From an uncultured Gemmatimonadaceae bacterium (lineage in GTDB: Bacteria > Gemmatimonadota > Gemmatimonadetes > Gemmatimonadales > Gemmatimonadaceae), in the NCBI GenBank assembly GCA_963822945.1, contig CAWGJO010000016.1, positions 1 to 32,149 of the forward strand: a DNA stretch of 32,149 bases, written 5' to 3'. The notes under the pieces were generated by a model that made no database searches, was not told where the DNA came from, and saw only the letters and a list, made by a program, of their open reading frames with translations. Position 1 is the stretch's first letter. Each line of letters opens with the position of its first letter. Both the position numbers and the translations under genes were made by a program. Below are positions 20,636 to 30,040 of the stretch, in pieces.

Positions 20636-21943
20636 ATGGCAACCGATCTCAGACTGCCAACACATAAAATCGTTCGCCCCGACAAGGACCGCTTCCTCGA
20701 TGAGGAGAATCCGTTCGAGGGCATGATGTCGCGGTTCGATCAGGCGGCGGAACTGCTCGATCTCGAACCCGGGTTGTACAAGGTGCTGCGCAATCCGGAA
20801 AAGCAGATCATCGTCTCGGTGCCCGTGATGCTCGACAGCGGCGAGGTCGAGGTCTACACCGGGTACCGCGTGCTGTACAACACGTCACGCGGACCGGCCA
20901 AGGGCGGTATCCGGTTCGACGAACACGTGACGCTCGAGGAGGTGAAGGCGCTGGCGGCGTGGATGACCTGGAAGTGCGCGGTGGTCAACCTGCCGTTCGG
21001 TGGCGCCAAGGGCGGCGTGATCTGCGACCCGCTCAAGATGAGCGTGGGCGAACTGGAGCGCCTCACCCGGCGCTACACCTCCGCGATCATGAACACGTTG
21101 GGGCCGGATTCCGACGTGCCGGCACCCGACGTCAACACGAACGAGCGCGTGATGGCGTGGGTGATGGATACCTATTCGATGCACATGCGCCATACGGTGA
21201 CCGCGGTGGTTACCGGCAAGCCGGTGGAGATGGGTGGATCGCTGGGCCGTCGCGAGGCGACTGGGCGGGGGTGCATGATCGTGACCAAGGAAGCGCTCAA
21301 GCATCTGGGAATGCCGATCAAGGGCGCGACGGTTGCCATCCAGGGCTTCGGCAACGTCGGGTCCGTGGCGGCGCACCTGCTGGCTCGCGAAGGCTGCAAG
21401 ATCCAGGCGATCAGCGATCGGACGGGCGCGTACTACAACAAGGACGGGATCGACATCGACGCGGCGATCAAGCACGTGAAGGACCACAGGTCGCTCGAAG
21501 GGTTCACGGGAGGCGACGCGATCGCCAACGGCGAGCTGCTCACGCTCGATGTGGACGTGCTGCTGCCGGCGGCGCTCGAGAACGTGATCACGAGCAAGAA
21601 CGCCGACAAGGTACGTGCGAAGATCATCTGCGAAGGGGCCAACGGCCCGACGACGGCCAATGCCGACGCCATTCTCGACGAGAAGGGCGTCTTCGTGATT
21701 CCCGACATCCTCGCCAATGCCGGCGGCGTGACGGTCTCGTACTTCGAGTGGGTGCAGGATCGCGGCGGATACTTCTGGACGGAAGACGTGGTGAACGAGC
21801 GGCTCAACGACATCATGCGGAACAGTTTTTCCGACGTTCTCCGCCTCTCGACCACGCACAAGGTGAACATGCGCACGGCGGCGTACATGCTGTCGATCAG
21901 CCGCGTGGCCACCGTGCACCGGCTGCGCGGCGTGTACGCGTAA
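20636..21943 (+). CDS. gdhA: Glutamate dehydrogenase (Glu/Leu/Phe/Val dehydrogenase family)
   Basis: [72 protein letters not shown]. Confidence 0.93.
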   Translation: MATDLRLPTHKIVRPDKDRFLDEENPFEGMMSRFDQAAELLDLEPGLYKVLRNPEKQIIVSVPVMLDSGEVEVYTGYRVLYNTSRGPAKGGIRFDEHVTLEEVKALAAWMTWKCAVVNLPFGGAKGGVICDPLKMSVGELERLTRRYTSAIMNTLGPDSDVPAPDVNTNERVMAWVMDTYSMHMRHTVTAVVTGKPVEMGGSLGRREATGRGCMIVTKEALKHLGMPIKGATVAIQGFGNVGSVAAHLLAREGCKIQAISDRTGAYYNKDGIDIDAAIKHVKDHRSLEGFTGGDAIANGELLTLDVDVLLPAALENVITSKNADKVRAKIICEGANGPTTANADAILDEKGVFVIPDILANAGGVTVSYFEWVQDRGGYFWTEDVVNERLNDIMRNSFSDVLRLSTTHKVNMRTAAYMLSISRVATVHRLRGVYA

Positions 21944-21962
21944 TGCACGGCGCCCTCCGGGC

Positions 21963-22424
21963 ATGCAGGTGATCGTCGCCGCCGTCGGCCGGCCGCGGAA
22001 TGCGGCGCTGGCGGCGGCGATCGATTTCTACGAGACGCGGGCGGCCCGCTACTGGCCGCTTGCCGTGCGCGAGGTTCGAGAGGAGCCGGCGCGCTCGGCG
22101 TCGGCGGAGCAGGTGCGGGATCGTGAAGCCGTGCGGCTCGGGGCCCAGGTGGAGGGGGCGGAGGTGGTCGTCTGCGACGAGCGGGGCGCGACGATGACGT
22201 CGGCCGAGTTCGCCCGGTTCCTCCAGGACTCCCGCGAGCGCGCGCGTGACCTGGCGTTCGTGATCGGGGGGGCCTATGGCGTGGCGCCCGCGCTCCGCGA
22301 GCGCGCGGGGCGACGGTTGGCGCTCGCGCCGTGGACGCTCCCCCACGAGATGGCGCGCCTGGTGCTCGCCGAGCAGTTGTACCGCGCGGGGACCATCGTG
22401 CGCGGGGAGCCGTACCACAAGTAG
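21963..22424 (+). CDS. rlmH: 23S rRNA (pseudouridine1915-N3)-methyltransferase
   Basis: SPOUT motifs FVIGGAYG, TLPHEMAR.VL.EQLYRA and C-terminal GEPYHK. Confidence 0.95.
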   Translation: MQVIVAAVGRPRNAALAAAIDFYETRAARYWPLAVREVREEPARSASAEQVRDREAVRLGAQVEGAEVVVCDERGATMTSAEFARFLQDSRERARDLAFVIGGAYGVAPALRERAGRRLALAPWTLPHEMARLVLAEQLYRAGTIVRGEPYHK

Positions 22425-22476
22425 CCGGCCTGCAGACGCTCGGGGCCACGCGTGGCCTCGACCCGGGGGGAACCGC

Positions 22477-22482
22477 TATCTT
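22477..22482 (+). promoter_or_regulatory. Putative -10 element (TATCTT) upstream of bshC
   Basis: TAnnnT hexamer 7 nt upstream of ATG22490 in the rlmH-bshC gap. Confidence 0.45.
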
Positions 22483-22553
22483 GGTGTCCATGCCCGCCAC
22501 CACCCGCCCGTCTGCCCCCCGCGTCGCGTGAGACGCGTGCGCTTCCGCGATCG

Positions 22554-24122
22554 ATGACGGCGCCGCGGATCATTGCCGAGCCGCTGGGCGGATCGCGGCT
22601 CTCGCAGGCCGTTCAGCGCGGCGAGCTCGACCCGCACGTCGTCGTGCCGGCGCCGCGCACGCCGGACGCGTGGAAGGCGCGCGCACAGATGGTGGCGCGG
22701 GGCGCGCCCGCCCGGTGGTACGAGGAGCTGCGCGCCGCGTTCGGTGGGGAGCGCGGATCTCCGGCCCGCCTGGAGCGCGTGGCCAAGGCTGGTGGAGTGG
22801 TGGTCACCACCGGACAACAGGCGGGGCTGTTCGGCGGTCCGATCTACACGTGGTCGAAGGCGCTCGGGGCGCTGGCGCTCGCCGATGCGGTGGAGCGGAG
22901 CACCGGTGTGCCGACCGCTCCGGTGTTCTGGGCGGCTACCGATGACGCCGATTTCGCGGAGGCGAGCCGGACGTACGTGCTCGAGAACGGCGGACTCGCG
23001 CTCCTCGAGTCGCCGGCGGCGCCGCCCGCGGGTACGCCGATGGCGCTGGCCCCGCTGGTCGATCCGGCGCCGCTCCTTGCGGCCCTGCGGCGTGCCTGCG
23101 GCTCGATGGCGTACGAACGCGCCTACGCGGCCGTGGCGGACGCCTACACCGGCGCGGCGACGGTGGGCGATGCGTACGTCGCAATGCTGCGGGCGCTGTT
23201 GGAGCCGCTGGGCATCGCCGTGCTCGATGCGTCGCATGCGGCGGTTCGGCGGGCGGGAGCTGGCGCGTTGGGCGCCGCACTCGAGCGGGCGACCGACGTG
23301 GCGGCGGCGCTGGAGGCGCGGCAGGCGTGGCTCGAGGAGCTGGAATTCGAACCGCAGGTCGCGGATGTTCCCGGCCTCTCCACCGTGTTCGTGCACGAGG
23401 CGGGACTGAAACGGCGAGTCCCGCTGTCGGAAGCGGCGGCCATCGGCGGGTCCGCCGGTGCCACCGAGTTGAGCCCCAACGTGCTGCTGCGACCGGTGCT
23501 CGAGCGCGCCGTGCTGCCCACCATTTCGTACGTCGCCGGGCCCGGCGAGTTGGCGTACTTCGCGCAGGTCTCGGCCGTGGCCGAGGCCATCGGTGCGGCG
23601 CAGCCGGTGGCGGTGCCTCGCTGGTCGTGTACCATCGTCGAGCCGGCGGTGGCGCGCGCGCTGGAGCGCCTGGGGGTCGGCCTCGACGACATGCGCGACA
23701 CCTCGGCGCTCGAGCGGCGCGTGGCCACCGACGCCATTCCCGAGACCGTCCGGCAGGCGCTCGGCGAACTGCGGAGCGCCGTGTCTGACGGGCTGGCGAA
23801 GCTGGCGACGCGCGACGGGAAGACTCCAGGCGGGCCACTGTTGGATCCGGCGGTGGTGGACGGGGCGGGGCGGCAACTCGATTTCCGGCTCGATCGGTTG
23901 GAACGGCGCCTGCGGGCGGCGGCCAAGCGGCGCGGCAACGAGGCCCTTCGCGACCTGCACGCCGCGCGCGCCGCCCTGTGGCCCGGCGGCCACCGTCAGG
24001 AGCGCACGTTGAACTTCATTCCGCTGCTTGCACGCTACGGCGAGCCGCTGTGGGCGGCGATGCGAGCGTCGGCGGCGGAGCACGCGATGCGACTGGTGGC
24101 GGGCGTCGCCGATGGCGGCTGA
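22554..24122 (+). CDS. bshC: Bacillithiol biosynthesis cysteine-adding enzyme BshC
   Basis: TGQQAGLFGGPIYT..KAL, PVFW...DDADF.E, SPNVLLRPV, YVAGPGELAYFAQ, QERTLN. The start is uncertain (22554, or 22490 if a C-run error is present). Confidence 0.88.
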   Translation: MTAPRIIAEPLGGSRLSQAVQRGELDPHVVVPAPRTPDAWKARAQMVARGAPARWYEELRAAFGGERGSPARLERVAKAGGVVVTTGQQAGLFGGPIYTWSKALGALALADAVERSTGVPTAPVFWAATDDADFAEASRTYVLENGGLALLESPAAPPAGTPMALAPLVDPAPLLAALRRACGSMAYERAYAAVADAYTGAATVGDAYVAMLRALLEPLGIAVLDASHAAVRRAGAGALGAALERATDVAAALEARQAWLEELEFEPQVADVPGLSTVFVHEAGLKRRVPLSEAAAIGGSAGATELSPNVLLRPVLERAVLPTISYVAGPGELAYFAQVSAVAEAIGAAQPVAVPRWSCTIVEPAVARALERLGVGLDDMRDTSALERRVATDAIPETVRQALGELRSAVSDGLAKLATRDGKTPGGPLLDPAVVDGAGRQLDFRLDRLERRLRAAAKRRGNEALRDLHAARAALWPGGHRQERTLNFIPLLARYGEPLWAAMRASAAEHAMRLVAGVADGG

Positions 24123-25734
24123 ACCCCGCACGGGCCTGCGCGAGGACCACCGGGCGCCACGGAAGCACACCGGGGCGGCAGCGGCGCTGATCGCCACCGG
24201 CATTCTCGGATCGCGGGTGCTCGGGCTCATTCGCAACTCGCTGATCGCGCGCTATCTCGGGACGACGATCGCGTCGGATGCATGGACGGCGGCGTTCAAG
24301 ATCCCGAACGTGCTGCAGAATCTGTTCGGGGAGGGGGCGCTGTCGGCGGCGTTCGTGCCCGTGTACGCGCGACTGCTGGGCGCCGGCGATGACGACGAAG
24401 CCGAGCGGGTGGCGGGTGCCGTGGCCGCGATTCTCGGGGTCGCGATGGCGCTCTTCGTGCTCGTCGGGGTGCTGGCGGCTCCGATGCTGATCTATGCGAT
24501 CGCCCCGGGGTTCACCGGCGAACGGCGGGCACTGACGATTGCGCTGACGCGCATTCTCTTCCCGGGCGCCGGCCTGTTGGTGCTCTCGGCCTGGTGTCTG
24601 GGCATCCTGAACAGCCATCGCAAGTTCCTGGTGTCGTACTCCGCCCCCATCGCCTGGAATGTCGTGCTGATCGCCGTCTTGCTCTGGCGCGGCCCGATGA
24701 GCGACAAGTCGCACGTCGTGACCGACCTGGCATGGGCCTCGGTGTTCGGCAGCCTGTTGCAGTTCGCCGTCCAGTTGCCGGCGGTGCGCCGGCTGGTGCC
24801 GCATCTGCGGTTGGCGATACGGCGGGCCGGAAGCCACGTGGCCGAGGTGCGCCGGAATTTCGGGCCGGTGTTCGTGAGCCGGGGCGTGGTGCAGATCAGC
24901 AGCTACATCGACCAATTCCTCACCAGCTTTCTTCCCAACGGAATGGTTGCCGTGTTCGGATTCGCGACCACGCTCTACGTGCTGCCGGTGAGTCTGTTCG
25001 GGCAGTCGGTTTCCGTGGCCGAGCTGCCAGAGATGTCGCGGGCGACGATCGCCGATGACGAGGCCGGCGAGCTGCTCCGGCCACGGCTCAACGACGGGTT
25101 GCGGCGCATCGCATTTCTCGTCGTGCCGTCCGCCGTGGCCTTCCTCGCCATCGGCGACGTGCTGACCCGCGTGGTGTTCGAGCACGGACATTTCACCGCC
25201 ACCGACGCCGTGTACACCTGGGCGGTGCTCTGTGGCTCGGCCGTGGGGCTGCTCGCGGGGACGCTCGGACGGTTGTACTCCTCCACGTACTACGCGCTGC
25301 GCGACACCCGCACGCCGCTGCGGTTCGCGGTGGTCCGTGTGGCGCTGACGACGGTGCTCGGCGTCGTGTTCGCCTTCGGCGTCCCGCGGGCGCTGCATCT
25401 GGATGCGCACTGGGGGGCCGCCGGGCTGTCGGCGTCGGCGGGCATGGCGGCCTGGGTGGAGTTCTCCCTGCTCCGGTCCACACTCAACGCGCGGATCGGC
25501 GTCACCGGCCTGCCCGCGCGGTTCGTGATCACTCTGTGGGGGCTGGCGGTGGTGAGCGCCGCGCTCGCCGTGGCCGTGCAGCGGGCCACCGGCGGCTGGG
25601 GGCGGATGACGGCGGGTGTCGTCGTGATCGCGGTCTATGGCGTCGCGTACATCGGCGGCGCGCTCGTGTTGCGCGTACCGGAAGTGCATGGCATCATCGG
25701 GGGCTTCGCCCGCCGGATGCGCATCTCCCGCTGA
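24112..25734 (+). CDS. murJ: Lipid II flippase MurJ (MviN)
   Basis: SRVLGLIR, DAW..AFKIPN.LQNLFGEGALSAAFVPVY, LP.SLFG, YYA.RDTRTP; multiple TM segments. Confidence 0.94.
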   Translation: MAAEPRTGLREDHRAPRKHTGAAAALIATGILGSRVLGLIRNSLIARYLGTTIASDAWTAAFKIPNVLQNLFGEGALSAAFVPVYARLLGAGDDDEAERVAGAVAAILGVAMALFVLVGVLAAPMLIYAIAPGFTGERRALTIALTRILFPGAGLLVLSAWCLGILNSHRKFLVSYSAPIAWNVVLIAVLLWRGPMSDKSHVVTDLAWASVFGSLLQFAVQLPAVRRLVPHLRLAIRRAGSHVAEVRRNFGPVFVSRGVVQISSYIDQFLTSFLPNGMVAVFGFATTLYVLPVSLFGQSVSVAELPEMSRATIADDEAGELLRPRLNDGLRRIAFLVVPSAVAFLAIGDVLTRVVFEHGHFTATDAVYTWAVLCGSAVGLLAGTLGRLYSSTYYALRDTRTPLRFAVVRVALTTVLGVVFAFGVPRALHLDAHWGAAGLSASAGMAAWVEFSLLRSTLNARIGVTGLPARFVITLWGLAVVSAALAVAVQRATGGWGRMTAGVVVIAVYGVAYIGGALVLRVPEVHGIIGGFARRMRISR

Positions 25735-25762
25735 CGGTTTTCCGGGTGGCCGGGGCGGACGG

Positions 25763-25768
25763 TATAAT
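25763..25768 (+). promoter_or_regulatory. Consensus -10 box TATAAT directly upstream of uvrC (leaderless-type promoter)
   Basis: Perfect TATAAT followed 6 nt later by the in-frame GTG25775; no SD. Confidence 0.7.
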
Positions 25769-25774
25769 TCACCT

Positions 25775-27640
25775 GTGTCAGTGCCCACGCACATCCTCGA
25801 GCGGGCCGGGAATCTCCCCGAGTCGCCCGGCGTCTACCTCTGGAAGGACGCCGGGGGGACGGTGCTGTACGTCGGGAAGGCCAAGCGCCTGCGGTCGCGC
25901 GTCCGGAGTTATCTGGGTGCCGACCGGCCGGAGAGCCCGAAGACGCGGGTGATGATGCGCCATGTGGCGGATCTGGAGACGATCGTGGTGCCGAGCGAGA
26001 CCGCGGCCCTCGTGCTCGAGTCCAACCTGATCAAGGAGCATCGCCCGCGGTATAACGTCGTGCTCCGCGACGACAAGTCGTACCCGTACATCAAGGTCAC
26101 CGTGCAGGAGCCGTTCCCGCGGGTGCTCGTGACGCGGCGGCTGGTGAACGACGGCGCGCGCTACTTCGGTCCCTACACGGAAGTGGGTGCGATGCGGCGC
26201 GCCCTGAACGTGGTCAAGCGCATCTTCACAGTGCGTTCGTGCAACTACGACATGCCGCGCCAGATGCCGGAGCGGCCCTGCCTGGACTTCTACATCAAGC
26301 GATGCAAGGCGCCCTGTGTGTACCTGCAGACGCAGGCGGACTACCGGGCGATGATCGACGAGGTACTGGTGTTTCTGGACGGACGCACCGACGAGGTGAT
26401 CCGGCGGGTGAAGACGCGCATGGAGGCGGCGGCGGCCGATCTCGACTTCGAACGCGCGGCCGAGTTGCGCGACGCACTCAAGCACCTCGGCCAGATGGAG
26501 GAGCCGACCGTCGTGCTGGAGGTGGAGGGGGGCGATCGCGACGTGGTCGGGTTCGCGCGTGACGGGGACGACGCGTGCGTCGTACTGCTCCGCGTGCGCG
26601 GGGGAAAGCTGTTGGGGCGCGAGCACCAGTTCATGGAGCACGTGGAAGGGGAGAGCGATGCGGCGGTGCTCTCCGCGTACCTCGTGGGCGGCTACCTGCC
26701 GCTCGAGGAGAAGGCGGCCGATGTGTTCCTCCCCTTCGTCTGTGACGAGCCGGAGCTCACCGCCGCCTCGCTGGCTCCGGTGCGGCTGGTAGTGCCGCAA
26801 CGCGGGCCCAAACGAGAACTCGTGGCCCTTGCCGAACAGAACGCGCGGCACCTGCTCGAAGAGTCGCTGCTCGAGGGCGACGAGACGACGGAGCGCGCGG
26901 GGGACCCGGTCTACGAGCTGCAGCGGAAGCTGAGCCTGCAGAAGCTGCCCCGCACGCTCGTCTGCTTCGACATCTCGCATGCGCAGGGCACGGACACGGT
27001 GGCGTCGTGCGTGTGGTTCCAGAACGGGCGCCCGCATCGCGCCGAATACCGCAAGTTCAAGGTGAAGACGGTGGACGGCATCGACGATTTCGCCTCGATG
27101 CACGAGGTGGTGGGCCGCTACTTCGCGCGGCGCCGCGAGGACGAGAAGCCGCTCCCGGATCTGGTGGTGATCGACGGCGGGAAGGGGCAGTTGGGGGCCG
27201 CGCACAACGCGCTCGTAGAACTCGGGCTGGGCGAGATGCCGATCATCAGCCTGGCCAAGCGCGACGAGGAAGTGTTCGTACTGGGCCGTGCCGAGTCGTT
27301 GCGCCTGCCGCGGCGGTCGCCGGCGCTGCGCATGCTGCAGCAGGCGCGGGACGAGGCCCATCGGTTCGCCATTACCTTTCAACGCACCCGCCGGCGCGCG
27401 CGCACGGTGACGTCGGCGCTTCTCGACATTCCCGGGGTGGGCGAGGCCAAGCGGCGACAGCTGCTGCAGGCGTTCGGCTCACTGCAGGGGGTGCGGGACG
27501 CCGACCCCGAAGCCATCGCTGCGCTGCCCGGATTCAGCCGGCAGTCGGCCGATCGCATTCTCACGGCGCTTCGCGCCGCATCACCCACCGCGCCCGCCGC
27601 CGGAGCGGCAGCGCCCACCGCAGCAGAGGATCCGTCGTGA
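25775..27640 (+). CDS. uvrC: Excinuclease ABC subunit C
   Basis: GIY-YIG (PGVY...YVGKA..LR.RV), YN..LRDDKSYPY, four-Cys cluster region, UVR FERAAELRD, FDISH, DDFASM, DGGKGQ, RDEAHRFA, HhH IPGVGE. Confidence 0.97.
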   Translation: MSVPTHILERAGNLPESPGVYLWKDAGGTVLYVGKAKRLRSRVRSYLGADRPESPKTRVMMRHVADLETIVVPSETAALVLESNLIKEHRPRYNVVLRDDKSYPYIKVTVQEPFPRVLVTRRLVNDGARYFGPYTEVGAMRRALNVVKRIFTVRSCNYDMPRQMPERPCLDFYIKRCKAPCVYLQTQADYRAMIDEVLVFLDGRTDEVIRRVKTRMEAAAADLDFERAAELRDALKHLGQMEEPTVVLEVEGGDRDVVGFARDGDDACVVLLRVRGGKLLGREHQFMEHVEGESDAAVLSAYLVGGYLPLEEKAADVFLPFVCDEPELTAASLAPVRLVVPQRGPKRELVALAEQNARHLLEESLLEGDETTERAGDPVYELQRKLSLQKLPRTLVCFDISHAQGTDTVASCVWFQNGRPHRAEYRKFKVKTVDGIDDFASMHEVVGRYFARRREDEKPLPDLVVIDGGKGQLGAAHNALVELGLGEMPIISLAKRDEEVFVLGRAESLRLPRRSPALRMLQQARDEAHRFAITFQRTRRRARTVTSALLDIPGVGEAKRRQLLQAFGSLQGVRDADPEAIAALPGFSRQSADRILTALRAASPTAPAAGAAAPTAAEDPS

Positions 27641-28785
27641 CCCATCATTGGCATCTGGAGTGCTCGGCCTGTGCCCACACAGCCGCCGGTGACAGTCTGG
27701 CTACCGTCTGCCCGGAGTGCGGGCAGCCGTACCTCGTGCGCTACGACATGCCGGTGCCGCGGCTCGATACCATCGCCCGGCGCTGGGACATGTGGCGGTA
27801 TCGGTCGATCATGCCGGTGCTGCCGGAGGAGGAGCCGGTCTCGCTCGGCGAGGGCGCCACGCCGATGCAGGAACTTCCGGAGTTGGCCAGGGCGCTCGGG
27901 GTGCGGCGCCTGTGGGTGAAGGACGAGGGGTTGAATCCCACGGCGTCGTTCAAGGCGCGTGGCATGAGCGCGGCCGTCACGCGGGCGGGCGCGCTGGGCG
28001 TCCCCGGGTTGGTCGTGCCGACGGCCGGCAACGCCGGCGCCGCGCTCACGGCGTACGGGGCCGCTGCCGGGTTGCCCGTGCGCGTGTACGCACCGCGTAC
28101 CACACCGAAGCCGATCCTCGATACCATCGCGGCGCTCGGCGCCGACCTTCACCTGGTGGACGGGCACATCGGCGACGCCGGGAAGCAGGCAAAGGCGTTC
28201 GCCGCCGAGCACGGGTTCTTCGATGTCTCGACGCTGCGCGAGCCGTACCGCATCGAAGGGAAGAAGACGATGGGAATCGAGGTCGCGGAGCAGTTGGGTT
28301 GGCGCCTGCCCACGCACATCGTGTATCCCACGGGCGGCGGGACGGGGCTGATCGGCATGTGGAAGGTGTTCGCGGAACTCCGTGCCTACGGGTGGGTGTC
28401 GGCGGAGGAACCACTGCCGCACATGGTGGTCGCGCAGTCGGCCGGATGCGCGCCCATGGTGCGGGCGTTCGAAGCCGGCGCCGACCATGCCACGCCATGG
28501 GAAGACCCGCAGACGTACGCCAGTGGGCTCCGGGTGCCGGGCCCGCTGGGCGACCGGCTGATCCTGCGGGCGCTCCGGGAGAGCAAGGGGCACGCCCGGG
28601 CGGTTCCCGATGAGGACATCCGCAGCGCCACGGCCCGTCTGGCCAGGGCGTCGGGCATCGACGTTTGTCCGGAGGGCGGGTGCGCGTTCGCGGTCGCCGA
28701 GCAGCTTGCCGCTGCGCGCACCATCCCGGCCGACGCCGAGGTGGTGGTGTTCAACACGGGCAGCGGCGCCTCGTACCGGTTCTAG
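27637..28785 (+). CDS. thrC: Threonine synthase (PLP fold type II) with N-terminal zinc ribbon
   Basis: CSAC/CPEC, MWRY, SLGEG.TP, NPTASFKARG (PLP Lys), TAGNAG, EPYRIEGKKT, PTGGGTG, PEGG, FNTG. Substrate specificity is not proven. Confidence 0.8.
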   Translation: MTHHWHLECSACAHTAAGDSLATVCPECGQPYLVRYDMPVPRLDTIARRWDMWRYRSIMPVLPEEEPVSLGEGATPMQELPELARALGVRRLWVKDEGLNPTASFKARGMSAAVTRAGALGVPGLVVPTAGNAGAALTAYGAAAGLPVRVYAPRTTPKPILDTIAALGADLHLVDGHIGDAGKQAKAFAAEHGFFDVSTLREPYRIEGKKTMGIEVAEQLGWRLPTHIVYPTGGGTGLIGMWKVFAELRAYGWVSAEEPLPHMVVAQSAGCAPMVRAFEAGADHATPWEDPQTYASGLRVPGPLGDRLILRALRESKGHARAVPDEDIRSATARLARASGIDVCPEGGCAFAVAEQLAAARTIPADAEVVVFNTGSGASYRF

Positions 28786-28786
28786 G

Positions 28787-29965
28787 ATGCCCATCGCCAT
28801 TCTCGACCCGTTCAGCGGGATTGCCGGCGACATGACGCTGGGGGCCCTCGTGGCCGTGGGGCTCGACCCGGAGTGGCTGCGGGCGCTCCCGGGACGGCTG
28901 GGGCTGGACGGAGTTGGCGTTCGCATCGCGGACGTCTCCCGTGCGTCGATCGCCTGCACGAAGGTGGACTTCGACATCCCGCCCCAGCCGCACGGGCGGC
29001 ACCTCAAGCAGATCCGCGAAATCGTCGCGCGAAGCGACGCGCCGGCCCAGGTGAAGGAGCGGGCCGACGCCGCGTTCACCGCGATCGCCGAGCAGGAAGC
29101 CGCCATTCACGGCACGACGGTGGAGCGCGTGCATCTGCACGAGGTGGGGGCGGTGGACGCGATCCTCGACGTGCTCGGGTCGGTGTGGGGGCTGCACTTG
29201 CTTGGCGTCACGCGGGTGTACTGTGGCACGATCAGCGTGGGCGATGGATTCGTCCAGGCCGCGCACGGGCGCCTGGCGGTGCCGGCGCCGGCGACGCTCC
29301 GGCTGCTGGAGGGGCTGCCGGTGCGGCTCGGACCGGAGGGGGCAGGGGAACTGGTGACCCCCACCGGGGCGGCGCTGGTGCGCGTGCTCGCCAGAGGCGC
29401 ATACGAGGGGGCGTTCATCCCCCTGCGGAGCGGATTCGGGGCGGGGACGAAGGAGTTCAAGGACCGGGCGAATGCCCTGAGAATCGTCCTGGCGGAGCCC
29501 GCAGGTTCCGGAGCGACGGCTGGTGACACCGAGATGCTCGTCCAACTGGTGTGCGACATCGACGACATGAGCGGCGAGTACCTCGCGGCCGCGGCCGACC
29601 GCCTGCGGGCCGCCGGGGCGCTGGACGTGGTGCTCGTGCCCACGGCGATGAAGAAGGGGCGGCCCGGCACACGGGTGGAAACGCTGGCCACGGCCGCCAG
29701 CGCCGATGCACTCGAGCGCGTAATGTTCCAGGAAACGACGACGATCGGGGTCCGGCGGACCGTGGTGGAACGCCACGCCTTGGCGCGCCAGCATCGGCAG
29801 GTGACGGTCGGCGGGCACCCGGTGGCCGTGAAGGTGGTTTTTCTCCCCGATGGGACCCGACGGGCCAAACCAGAGTATGAGGATGTAGAGCGGGTCGCCC
29901 TGGCGACAGGACGGGCACCGCGGGATATATTCTTGGAGGCCGCCGCCCTGGCGGACAGAGACTGA
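28787..29965 (+). CDS. larC: Nickel pincer cofactor biosynthesis protein LarC (nickel insertase)
   Basis: SGIAGDMTLGAL, EAAIHG...VHLHEVGAVDAILD, HG..PAPAT, ELVTPTGAA, IDDMSGE, MKKGRPG, ETTTIGVR, KPEYED. Confidence 0.93.
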   Translation: MPIAILDPFSGIAGDMTLGALVAVGLDPEWLRALPGRLGLDGVGVRIADVSRASIACTKVDFDIPPQPHGRHLKQIREIVARSDAPAQVKERADAAFTAIAEQEAAIHGTTVERVHLHEVGAVDAILDVLGSVWGLHLLGVTRVYCGTISVGDGFVQAAHGRLAVPAPATLRLLEGLPVRLGPEGAGELVTPTGAALVRVLARGAYEGAFIPLRSGFGAGTKEFKDRANALRIVLAEPAGSGATAGDTEMLVQLVCDIDDMSGEYLAAAADRLRAAGALDVVLVPTAMKKGRPGTRVETLATAASADALERVMFQETTTIGVRRTVVERHALARQHRQVTVGGHPVAVKVVFLPDGTRRAKPEYEDVERVALATGRAPRDIFLEAAALADRD

Positions 29966-30040
29966 CCCCCATCCCCCGCCGGATCATGTCGGACGGGGTC
30001 CCCACTTCAGTAAACGCACACGAAATTCTAGGAGAATCCG

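Noticed and set aside
20636..21943. gdhA as the functional substitute for the missing GnnB
   Set aside because: It has canonical glutamate dehydrogenase motifs and probably its own promoter; adjacency alone is not evidence.
28787..29965. larC programmed frameshift as in Lactobacillus plantarum larC1/larC2
   Set aside because: Both domains are in one continuous frame.
29964..30000. Imperfect hairpin after larC as a terminator
   Set aside because: Short bulged stem with no U-tract; cannot be supported.
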